Shown here piece by piece: positions 1 to 10,502 of a DNA stretch of 64,000 nt; within the stretch, counting starts at the first letter, position 1; each line of letters opens with the position of its first letter. The DNA comes from Asterias rubens (taxonomy: Eukaryota): positions 5,704,001-5,768,000 of the forward strand of contig NC_047067.1 in the NCBI RefSeq assembly GCF_902459465.1, written 5' to 3'. The position numbers and the translations under genes are program-made. The notes beneath the pieces were generated by a model. That model was not told where the DNA came from and searched no databases. It saw only the letters and a list, made by a program, of their open reading frames with translations.

Positions 1-3000
1 CTTGTCTCATGACAGCTAACCTATTGCGGGCGTATTTCGTGTCTCATACAGAGGCATAACAGCCACCTCAGACTTGAAATCAAGTCTATGGACGCTGAGC
101 ATGAAAGTGCTTGAGTTTGTATGCGACTCTATGGTGTCATAACTAAGAGATACGCTTAACAAAGCATAGTTGAAGCTAAAATGACTCCAGGATGGTGAAA
201 GCAGAATTTCTTCAATCTTATTTGTACCAGCTTACTCGCCATACAATTAATATTAATCGCTTATACCCATTCTTTAATTTTGCAAGTGCATTTTTTATAC
301 TACTATTTTACTTATTTCTTATTAATCCTGCCAACATAATACGGGCTTAATGGTGCAATCCCCCACCCCTATCAAAAGACAGATAAAATACAAAAGTTGC
401 CTGTGTGTGTACTTATGTGTTAACACGCTGTACTCGGCAATAAATAATAATTTATTTAATGCACAATACAGTTAACCACCATCCCGAACCCTACAAAACA
501 TCATTACTGATTTCCTAGTAATTTAAACTTTTTCCCGCAACCAAACATAATTGACTGTCAAATGCCATCATAGTCAGACCCCCACCCCACCCCCACACCC
601 ACCCCAACAAAAATACTTGCTGAGTTAAAATCTGTTTTAATGCACTACTCAGTTATAAACGCATATCCAATGTCTTTTGATATTTAAAACATCATTACTG
701 ATTTCCTAGTAATTTAAACTTTTTCCCGCAACCAAACATAATTGACTGTCAATTGCCATCATAGTCAGCCCCCACCCCCCACACCCACCCCAACAAAAAT
801 ACTTGCTGATTTAAAATCTGTTTTAATGCCCTACTCAGTTATAAACGCATATCCAATGTCTTTTGATATTTAAAACCTCATTACTGATTTCCTAGTAATT
901 TAAACTTTTTCCCGCAACCAAACATAATTGACTGTCAATTGCCATCATAGTCAGCCCCCACCCCCCCCCCCCCCCCCCCACACCCACCCCAACAAAAATA
1001 CTTGCTGATTTAAAATCTGTTTTAATGCCCTACTCAGTTATAAACGCATATCCAATGTCTTTTGATATTTAAAACATCATTACTGATTTCCTAGTAATTT
1101 AAACTTTTTCCCGCAACCAAACATAATTGACTGTCAATTGCCATCATAGTCAGACCCCACCCCACCCCCCACACCCACCCCAACAAAAATACTTGCTGAT
1201 TTAAAATCTGTTTTAATGCCCTACTCAGTTATAAACGCATATCCAATGTCTTTTGATATTAACAGTCCTGTAAAAGCATTATCTCCTAATTTAAAAGAGG
1301 AAAAAAAATTACGAAATTAACTCAGACAATCCCGGCCAAATCTCGTTGGGCCCCCCTGCCCCCTTTCAATGTTGGTTCCATTTGCCGACTGTCTTCCGAA
1401 TTCAGGCAACATTGAGCGGGGGGCGGGGGCGGGCAAATGTTTTTAATGTGAATGTGAATGGGAAGTGCACAGGGAACTGTTATTTCAGGAAAGGGTGGCC
1501 CAAGCATTTTGGCCGGGATTGTCTGAGTGATTTTTTGAAATTTTTTTACATGCAAAGAACGCTTTGGAAAGATAACTAATGTCCAAACAAAGTGAATTTC
1601 TAATTTTAACAGTGATTATTTTATGGGGGTAGTGGTGTTTTGTTTTTTTGCGGGGAGGGGTGGGGGTGGGGGCGGGCAAATGTCTTTAATGTGAATGTGA
1701 ATGGGAAGTGCACAGGGAATTGTCGTTTCAGGAAAGGGTGGCCCAAGCATTTTGGCCGGGATTGTCTGAGTGATTTTTTGAAATTTTTTTACATGCAAAG
1801 AACGCTTTGAAAAGATAATGAATGTCCAAACAAAGTGAATTTCTAGTTTTAACAGTGATTATTTTATGGGGGTAGTGGTGTTTTTTTTTTTTTTTGCGGG
1901 GAGGGGTGGGGGCGGGCAAATGTCTTTAATGTGAATGTGAATGGGAAGTGCACAGGGAATTGTCGTTTCAGGAAAGGGTGGACCAAGCATTTTTTTTTAC
2001 ATGCAAAGAACGCTTTGAAAAGATAATGAATGTCCAAACAAAGTGAATTTCTAATTTTAACAGTGATTATTTTATGGGGGTAGTTGAATGCCCACAGTAT
2101 GGCGCTAAGCAACTCGTACGAGCATCATTGTGTGAGGCGAAATTTTATTACCCTCTCTTTGGCGCTAAGCAAAAGATTTTACGACTGCTTTTCTCACACT
2201 GCATATTCATGCTCGCTGAAATGGACTCCTTGACATGACTTTGCTTTACTCGCTTTAACAAATAAAACATAACTATATTTATGGGTTACACCTAAATTAA
2301 TTATGTAAGTTGGCTTGCATCTTGTATTGTTGGATATAAAGTCCGTAAAATAATATAAATGAAGCATGTGTAACTGCCGAATAACCTGCATTGCCTTTTA
2401 CTGTCAGGCGCGATGACGATTCCTGACACGAGCGCCTTGCGCCTGCGCACACAAATAATGTACCTGTCCAATTTAGTTGCTTGCGTTCATGTCTGACGGT
2501 TCACCACACGGATAACCACAGCATTTTGACTGCTAACTTACCGGCAAATGTCTGTTTTTCAACACGAAGATGCCATTACAGTCCACAAATAACACATAAC
2601 CTGTTGTTATTTATTCAACCACCTAATTCTTTTTTTTTTTTTACACAAACTCAAACGGTTAACCCTTTATATCAAATAGAAAAGAAAATTCATTAATTTC
2701 CTTATTTACTTTACTACGGTGAACCGTGTAAACTTGATTCAAGCCTGCAATCGTTTCTTCCAGTCAACTTGATAGCAAATACAGTATTGCCCCAAATAGC
2801 GCCCTATCGTTACCTTGTCTCATGACAGCTAACCTATTGCGGGCGTATTTCGTGTCTCATACAGAGGCATAACAGCCACCTCAGACTTGAAATCAAGTCT
2901 ATGGACGCTGAGCATGAAAGTGCTTGAGTTTGTATGCGACTCTATGGTGTCATAACTAAGAGATACGCTTAACAAAGCATAGTTGAAGCTAAAATGACTC

Positions 3001-4573
3001 CAGGATGGTGAAAGCAGAATTTCTTCAATCTTATTTGTACCAGCTTACTCGCCATACAATTAATATTAATCGCTTATACCCATTCTTTAATTTTGCAAGT
3101 GCATTTTTTATACTACTATTTTACTTATTTCTTATTAATCCTGCCAACATAATACGGGCTTAATGGTGCAATCCCCCACCCCTATCAAAAGACAGATAAA
3201 ATACAAAAGTTGCCTGTGTGTGTACTTATGTGTTAACACGCTGTACTCGGCAATAAATAATAATTTATTTAATGCACAATACAGTTAACCACCATCCCGA
3301 ACCCTACAAAACATCATTACTGATTTCCTAGTAATTTAAACTTTTTCCCGCAACCAAACATAATTGACTGTCAAATGCCATCATAGTCAGACCCCCACCC
3401 CACCCCCACACCCACCCCAACAAAAATACTTGCTGATTTAAAATCTGTTTTAATGCCCTACTCAGTTATAAACGCATATCCAATGTCTTTTGATATTTAA
3501 AACATCATTACTGATTTCCTAGTAATTTAAACTTTTTCCCGCAACCAAACATAATTGACTGTCAATTGCCATCATAGTCAGCCCCCGCCCCCCCACACCC
3601 ACCCCAACAAAAATACTTGCTGATTTAAAATCTGTTTTAATGCCCTACTCAGTTATAAACGCATATCCAATGTCTTTTGATATTTAAAACCTCATTACTG
3701 ATTTCCTAGTAATTTAAACTTTTTCCCGCAACCAAACATAATTGACTGTCAATTGCCATCATAGTCAGCCCCCACCCCACCCCCCCCACACCCACCCCAA
3801 CAAAAATACTTGCTGATTTAAAATCTGTTTTAATGCCCTACTCAGTTATAAACGCATATCCAATGTCTTTTGATATTTAAAACATCATTACTGATTTCCT
3901 AGTAATTTAAACTTTTTCCCGCAACCAAACATAATTGACTGTCAATTGCCATCATAGTCAGACCCCACCCCACCCCCCACACCCACCCCAACAAAAATAC
4001 TTGCTGATTTAAAATCTGTTTTAATGCCCTACTCAGTTATAAACGCATATCCAATGTCTTTTGATATTAACAGTCCTGTAAAAGCATTATCTCCTAATTT
4101 AAAAGAGGAAAAAAAATTACGAAATTAACTCAGACAATCCCGGCCAAATCTCGTTGGGCCCCCCTGCCCCCTTTCAATGTTGGTTCCATTTGCCGACTGT
4201 CTTCCGAATTCAGGCAACATTGAGCGCGGGGCGGGGGCGGGCAAATGTTTTTAATGTGAATGTGAATGGGAAGTGCACAGGGAACTGTTATTTCAGGAAA
4301 GGGTGGCCCAAGCATTTTGGCCGGGATTGTCTGAGTGATTTTTTGAAATTTTTTTACATGCAAAGAACGCTTTGGAAAGATAACTAATGTCCAAACAAAG
4401 TGAATTTCTAATTTTAACAGTGATTATTTTATGGGGGTAGTGGTGTTTTGTTTTTTTGCGGGGAGGGGTGGGGGTGGGGGCGGGCAAATGTCTTTAATGT
4501 GAATGTGAATGGGAAGCGCACAGGGAATTGTCGTTTCAGGAAAGGGTGGCCCAAGCATTTTGGCCGGGATTGT
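1..4573. repeat. Complex tandem repeat, unit about 2.8 kb (one full unit plus a partial second), with internal ~185-200 bp and ~240 bp sub-repeat arrays
   Basis: The sequence from position 1 (cttgtctcatgacagc) recurs at 2814 and similarity persists to 4573 (offset 2813 falling to 2808). C-rich sub-repeats starting aaaacatcattactgatttcc occur 4 times per unit. G-rich sub-repeats with gggcgggcaaatgt occur near 1427, 1669 and 1909. Confidence 0.95.
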
Positions 4574-5468
4574 AGACTAGAGGGGTCCGTTTGATGTTGA
4601 AATTACCGTGCAAAATATACGCAGGCGAATACAAAATTGATGAAGAAGCCCACAGGCCGGATTCCAAGCTGAGGTTCGTAAAAGGCCCACTGGCTTCGGC
4701 CCGTACAGAGCAGAGATTCCTCAGTTTAAAATGGCTGCCTTCCGAGCAACTTTACATAATGTACGCGTATTTAAGTCCTTGCGATGAGCTGTGGCTGAGA
4801 AACTCTTGTACTTTAAAAGTCTTCCTTTTGCGTAGTTGGTTGCCTCCGGGTTGAATGTCAAACTGCACTGTCTATGTGACAAGGTCCTCAGTTGAGACAT
4901 ATGGGGAACCAGAAAATCGTCTTTGCTTACCATAAGGGGGCTCCCTGGAATACATGTTGAAGCTCCGAGAATAAAACTTGTCTTTTGACTGACTTAATAT
5001 TATTTGGTTTGCGGTAACACCATGTGTGTTTGCCAAGTATATGGATTTGTTCTTTTAAAAACTTGTCTTGCTTTTAATCTACTATACCGCGGAGTAGATT
5101 TTGGGAATTCGGGAAACTTCTCAGTTCTGAAAAGAACTGTCCTGCTTATTAACTACTATATCTGGGCGGAAGGGCGAAAATCAGCCGAGACTAACTTCAA
5201 GCATTAGTGGAACGAGGGGACTTCTCTTTGTAAACTTCACTGCCGCAGAGTGATTCTTAATTGGTCGTAACGTTTCGACTAGCTTGCTCTATTCATCGTC
5301 AAGAGACTGCAGCCCTTTATAATATATGCTTCGTTTTTGAAAGGGCAAGGGTGCCAAGGTAAATTTCTACCAGACCATTTCAAGGGCACCAAGGCAAATA
5401 ATGACCAGGGGCACGTAGGCAATCACCTTCTTTGCCTCCTTGAAGTATCATGTCTGAGACTGACTTAC

Positions 5469-5736
5469 CTTTGCATAAAAACTTCATGTCAGCAACATTT
5501 CCAAGGGTCAGGTAACTCGCAATAGTCGTCACCATCTTCCTATAACGCGAGTGTCTTTTCTCTCGTCCACGGCCTCTCGTAGCGGCCCTCTGCCAGACCG
5601 TCTCATGGGGGGTGGATGTGTGCTGCTCAGCTCCTGTTGTGAGCTTGATTGGTGGCAGGAAATGAAGAGGTTTGGACGGCCTGAAAGAGCGGCCGCGATG
5701 GAAGTAACGAATTTCTAGTTCACGAGTGTGAGGCAT
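5469..5736 (-). CDS. Probable first coding exon (89 codons + 1 nt) of an unidentified gene continuing beyond the left edge
   Basis: On the minus strand, acceptor ttatttttcacaatcacag lies 5 nt before ctaccATG. The open frame MPHTRELEIRY...IASYLTLGNVADMKFLCK ends at a perfect donor g|gtaagt at 5468. No downstream exon was confidently found in the window. Confidence 0.6.
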
Positions 5737-6104
5737 GGTAGCTGTGATTGTGAAAAATAAAGTACAGTAGGAAAATAGAACTATATTGCCCGTTGTATCG
5801 ACTTGGTTTTATTTATTTATATTTATTTGGTTCTATATTTATTTGCCTTTTTAAATTAGTTCCAATTGTTTTCGTTGTTGTGCTGGTTAATTGTTATTAT
5901 CAACCCGTTTTCTTTATTCTCTCTAATGTCTTTTTTTTAATATAATGACTTTTTCTAAGTAATTTTATCAAATGTTTATTCGTGGTATCAGCATTCGAGC
6001 TGCTTCCATCGAATTTGTCTTTTTAATAAACCATTTCAATCAATCAACCAATCAATCAATAGTGTTGCCAACCAAAAGGGCCTATGGTATAGTCGCAAAA
6101 ATAG

Positions 6105-6503
6105 TTAAAGACACTGGACACTATTGGTAATTGTCAAAGACTAGTCTTCACAGTTGGTGTATCTCATCATATGCATAAAATAACAAACCTGTGCAAATTT
6201 GAGCTCAATCGGTCGTCGAAGTTGCGAGATATTAATGAAAGAAAGAAAAACGCTCTAGTCACACCATGGTCACACGAAGTTGTGTGCTTTCAGATGCTTG
6301 ATCTCGAGACCTCAAATTCTAAAACTGAGGTCTCGAAATCAAATTCGTGGAAAATTACTTCTTTCTCGAAAACTACGTCACTTCAGAGGGAGCTATTTGT
6401 CACAACGTTTTATACTATCAACCTCTCCCCATTACTCGTAATCAAGAAAGGTTTTATGACAATAATTATTTTGAGTAATTACCAATAGTGTCCACTGCCT
6501 TTA
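6105..6503 (+). mobile_element. TTAA-flanked MITE family A (~380-400 bp; Kolobok/T2-like)
   Basis: Ends are ttaaagacactggacactattggtaatt and attaccaatagtgtccactgccttta. The internal sequence is shared with more than 10 copies in the window. Confidence 0.9.
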
Positions 6504-7547
6504 CTGGCCGGACGTTTTGACTCTATATAGCAGAGTTTTTCTCTATCAGGCTAAACCAAAAACAAAGCCGTCGAGAAAGACTCTGCTTCTGTCGAAAAGT
6601 AGGCAATAAACTATGGTTTGCAAGAGTGTGCAAATTATCACTTAAACGATGTATATTTATAGTTACAACAAAACATTTTGAAACTGTACTTGGTAAATGA
6701 AATGGTGATTACCGGGCACCTTTCTTGACATTATTTTTTTGTAAAGATTTTTCTTTTAGTTAGTAACAAAATTTGCAACCAAATGTATACATGTACTATC
6801 AATTTTATTAGCCTTCGAGAAAGACTCTGCTAGGGTCGAAACGTCAGACCATTTACAATGTTTTTGCATTTATACCATCGGCCCATTTGGTTGGTAAGGT
6901 TTTTTTTTTGCAACAGCTAATTTTATTTTCTCATCATTTATTTGTGGTAGAAGCTCTCAAGGTTGTATGCTCCTATTTTCTGGAAAAACGAAAGATTATT
7001 AAACAAGCTTTTGTTTTTGATTGTTTTGTTTTTCAAAGTCAATAACAAATCTTTTAGCGGTCAGTTTGTAATACGTCATGGCAATAACAATTCCTCGTAA
7101 GGCCCAATTAAATACACCTGTTAGCGTCGTAGAAACAATTCTTCGTAAAGCTCAATTAATTATAACTAGGCGAAACCACTTGCGTCATTACATAGATTGT
7201 GGCTTCAGTAAAGACTTCGTTCATCATTCTGTTCACGTACATCTGTAGTTATTTTATCATAGAAATGCGTCGGTTGAAAATGACTTGTGCCATTGTTTTC
7301 ATGTACATGTATTGGTACTTGGTACTTGGTTGGTTTCCTCCTGAAAGCACCCTCTGGCCATGGGATCTTGGCTAGTAGGAGGTCAGTGACATGATCTTCT
7401 CTCACATCGGATCAGTCTTTAGCTGGATTTATCTTCCAGTGGGTGTATCCTTCCAGTGCTGTCGTCCCGTATCGTCGTTTCATAAATACCACGGAATTCT
7501 ATACCACACCCGCGTATGTCGTCAGTCTTCGTATCCTTTGCCACGGA

Positions 7548-7720
7548 TGTCAGACACTTCGTACCCGTTGGTCACTTTCGTATACCCTGGTCACTTCGTA
7601 CTTTGGTCTCGTCACTTGGTCACTTTGTACCTTTGTGTTTCGTCGTACCATGGCAAAGTTGGTCACTTCGTACCTTTCCTATTTTCATTGACCACTTCGT
7701 ACCTTTGAATCATTTCGTAC
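7548..7720 (+). repeat. cacttcgtac(c) minisatellite-like repeat (related patch at 58155-58285)
   Basis: Multiple ggtcacttcgtacc variants occur at both sites. Confidence 0.8.
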
Positions 7721-10056
7721 AGTCAGTGCATGGAGGTGGTTTGAGTCATTCACGTACAAGCCGTATCCTTCCCTATAATTCGTACGTCCTTCTAGTGGTG
7801 TATTACATCAGTAGAATCTTAAATATTTAATGGTTTGCCACACTTACCTCAAACCTTTCATTCCATTTCTCTCTGCCCCACACGAGTTTCCAAAACCGCC
7901 AAGTCCCGTTCAAACACCGGCATAAACCTGCCTAACGATTGCTACTAAGGGCCTATAACTTCTACTGTGTTTGGCCATACGTATCCTCCATGTTCAACCA
8001 AATCAAACAAATTTCCCTATTTTTCATGAATCTAAACTACAAACTACAAAAGTACAAGTGTATAGACGTTTGGTAAAATGGGGTATGACTAGTGTACCCC
8101 TAGGCTATATACTGTGTGACGCTCGACCTCACTTGTTTGTTGCTAAGTTTTTGGATGGCCTTCCCGCATTACAATGGACGGGTCTTTTTCATCGAAGGCT
8201 AACAATGGGTAATCGGATTGTACCATTGCGGTTCGGGATGGATTAGTTACAGGGATAGCAGATTTGTAAATGTAGAGTAAACTGTTACCTTTTCAACGAA
8301 ACGTGATTCAAGTAGGCCCCCTACACTAAGTGGCGGCGCAGTCAAAGGTTATATTGGCCCCGGTCTGTGGTGCTAGTCTTAACTATGAAATTAGTTTGTT
8401 TTTGATGCAGATTGAAATAGAGATAAAAAATGGAGATCAACAAAATAAATACGCAATATAAATAAGAATTGATCTGTTGTTAAAACATTGTGATAACAGC
8501 TATTTAAAAGTGATGGTACGCTCATTATGGTGGTACGCTGATTGTTTTCGTCAGAATTGTTTGATGGTGTTGTTCCTTTTCTTGATCGTTCTTCTCCATT
8601 CTTACGGCTAATTGCACAACCAAAACTTGAATTTATTTAAATGCGTCTCGAAAATTTGCAATGCATATTTTGTATCAATTCTCCCCTTGGTTAGTTCGGT
8701 CTGATTAGTATAACAAAAACAGGAGTCTGTTCAATAAATTTCACCAGTGAGAAGTCTCCCGAGTTCCAAAACCTACTCCTCGGTAGTAGAATATAAATCT
8801 CATAAATAAAAATTAGTAGTTGTTGTTTCTTATTGTTACTGCTGTACAACTTAATGTTGCGCTTTTGAAATACATGATTTGCACCATCATTACATAGGCT
8901 TCTTGAACACTCAGGGGGCCCTAAATCTGTCTCAAATAAATATCAAATAGCACCATGCTGCTGATGAATGTTATTTTGTATTTAAACCTCTGGTTCTATA
9001 TGCCTTCTTTTTGAAAGAAGAATTTGTTTTTACAGCAAACAACATGGCTAGTTCGCACGTAAGTGTGAATGCAATGGAACTATCGCGGTCCACGCATGTG
9101 CTGTGCTCACTATCATCCTGCGCGAACACTTGCACGAGTTTGTTGATATTTACACCCGTTCCTTGGTAACTAATTGATTGGGCCTTTAATGCAACCAATG
9201 TGTATTGCATGTATTTTAAAACAAAAATAAATAACTAACTGTTAAGCAAATAGTTAATTAAATATTCAAATATGTCACAATAATTTTTAATGTTAAAATA
9301 TTGATGATTTAACAGGTTATTTGTTTTAAAACAAATAATACTATGTTATAAAGAATTGAACGAGTACAATTGCGGTACAAAGGTCATACATGCCAAAAAC
9401 ACTGTATCCAAATAACTGAATGGTGAACGTAATTTCTGTAGAAAGTGACTGTTTTACGGAGATTAACTGTCGAAGATACGGTAAAGCAGAATATATCATT
9501 GCAATATAGTATACTTTTAATCATATTTTTGTGAAATGACTTTATTTATAATCGTAAAATGTGAGGGAATCAGTTTTTATTGGTGGAAAACAAGACGACA
9601 ACAACGAATATGGACAGCCGACAGTCAATCAGTTCACACATCAAGAAATTGTCCAGTCAATGATGGACGGACTGATGTGTGGGTCGGACCATGGAGGACG
9701 TACAGTTATGAAGAAAAGCTTGACAAACACCGGTTGATTGGCATTGCGTAGATTGCAGAGTTGGTGGTAGTTTAAGCATGAAGGAAAGATTTAAGCATAG
9801 AGAAATAATAAATTTGGGGGGTACAATTGACAGCGTTTACAATTTTTAATAAAAAGAACGCTAAAAAAGAAAGTAAAAGTCAAAAATAAAATGTCAAATA
9901 AAAATCTGCATCTTCTAAGTTTTATCATAAATAAATAAATATGTCATTGCCAATGTCCTCTGAAGTAACCATCATCATTGTTTTAAGAAAGACTTCAGGC
10001 CTGAAGCCTTTTTAATTAAGACATAGTCTGAAGTGAAACTAGCACACAAATTTGTG

Positions 10057-10188
10057 GGAAAAGTTTCCGTATGGCGCCACCACTTTTTCATTCGATATGA
10101 AATAATATAGTATCTAATTTACCTCAATGAGATATCCTTTTTTGTAAAAAAGGGTGAAAAAGTGGTGGCGCCATACGGAAAGTTATCC
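10057..10188. mobile_element. Short MITE with ~30-bp TIRs
   Basis: tttccgtatggcgccaccactttttca and tgaaaaagtggtggcgccatacggaaa are exact reverse complements. Confidence 0.8.
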
Positions 10189-10502
10189 AATTTGTGGAAC
10201 AAGAAGTGTGTTTTTTTCTTTCATTATTCTCTTGCAACTTCAAAGACCAATTGTCGAAATGGGTTGAAATTTGCACAGATTTGTTATTTTTATAAATTTA
10301 TGCATTTATATGCTCGGCTACACTTTGTACTGGTCTGTAACATCTGCTGTAACTTTGTACTGGTCTGTAACTGGTGCCTGTAACATCTATGAAAACAACC
10401 CAATGCTTTTGTTGTGTACTCTTTAACCATTTTTTTTTTTTTCTTTTTTAAAGGACTGAATTGCAGAAGCTGTGCTAGACTAGAGCTTGACGACCCGGCA
10501 CC

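Noticed and set aside
496-1262. Regular repeat array resembling CRISPR
   Set aside because: Whole ~185-200 bp units repeat with no unique spacers, no cas genes are present, and the context is eukaryotic.
1322-4487. Repeated 60-82 aa ORFs in the ORF track
   Set aside because: They recur only because the DNA is tandemly repeated; they lie on both strands, depend on homopolymer length and show no protein-like signal.
4931-4962. Micro-exon candidate (gtaagc donor) continuing the 5469 exon on the minus strand
   Set aside because: The acceptors are weak and the segment is too short to evaluate; not supported without transcript data.
5469-5736. Identification as FBXO36
   Set aside because: Only the exon length and the terminal LCK(G) coincide; I see no convincing similarity elsewhere.
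6171-6488. ORFs such as MHKITNLCKFELNRSSKL and MSHEVVCFQMLDFETS seen many times
   Set aside because: These are chance frames inside MITE family A copies, not genes or transposases.
7205-7830. Overlapping 66-105 aa ORFs
   Set aside because: They are driven by the stop-poor cacttcgtac repeat; no splice-consistent model or recognisable domain.
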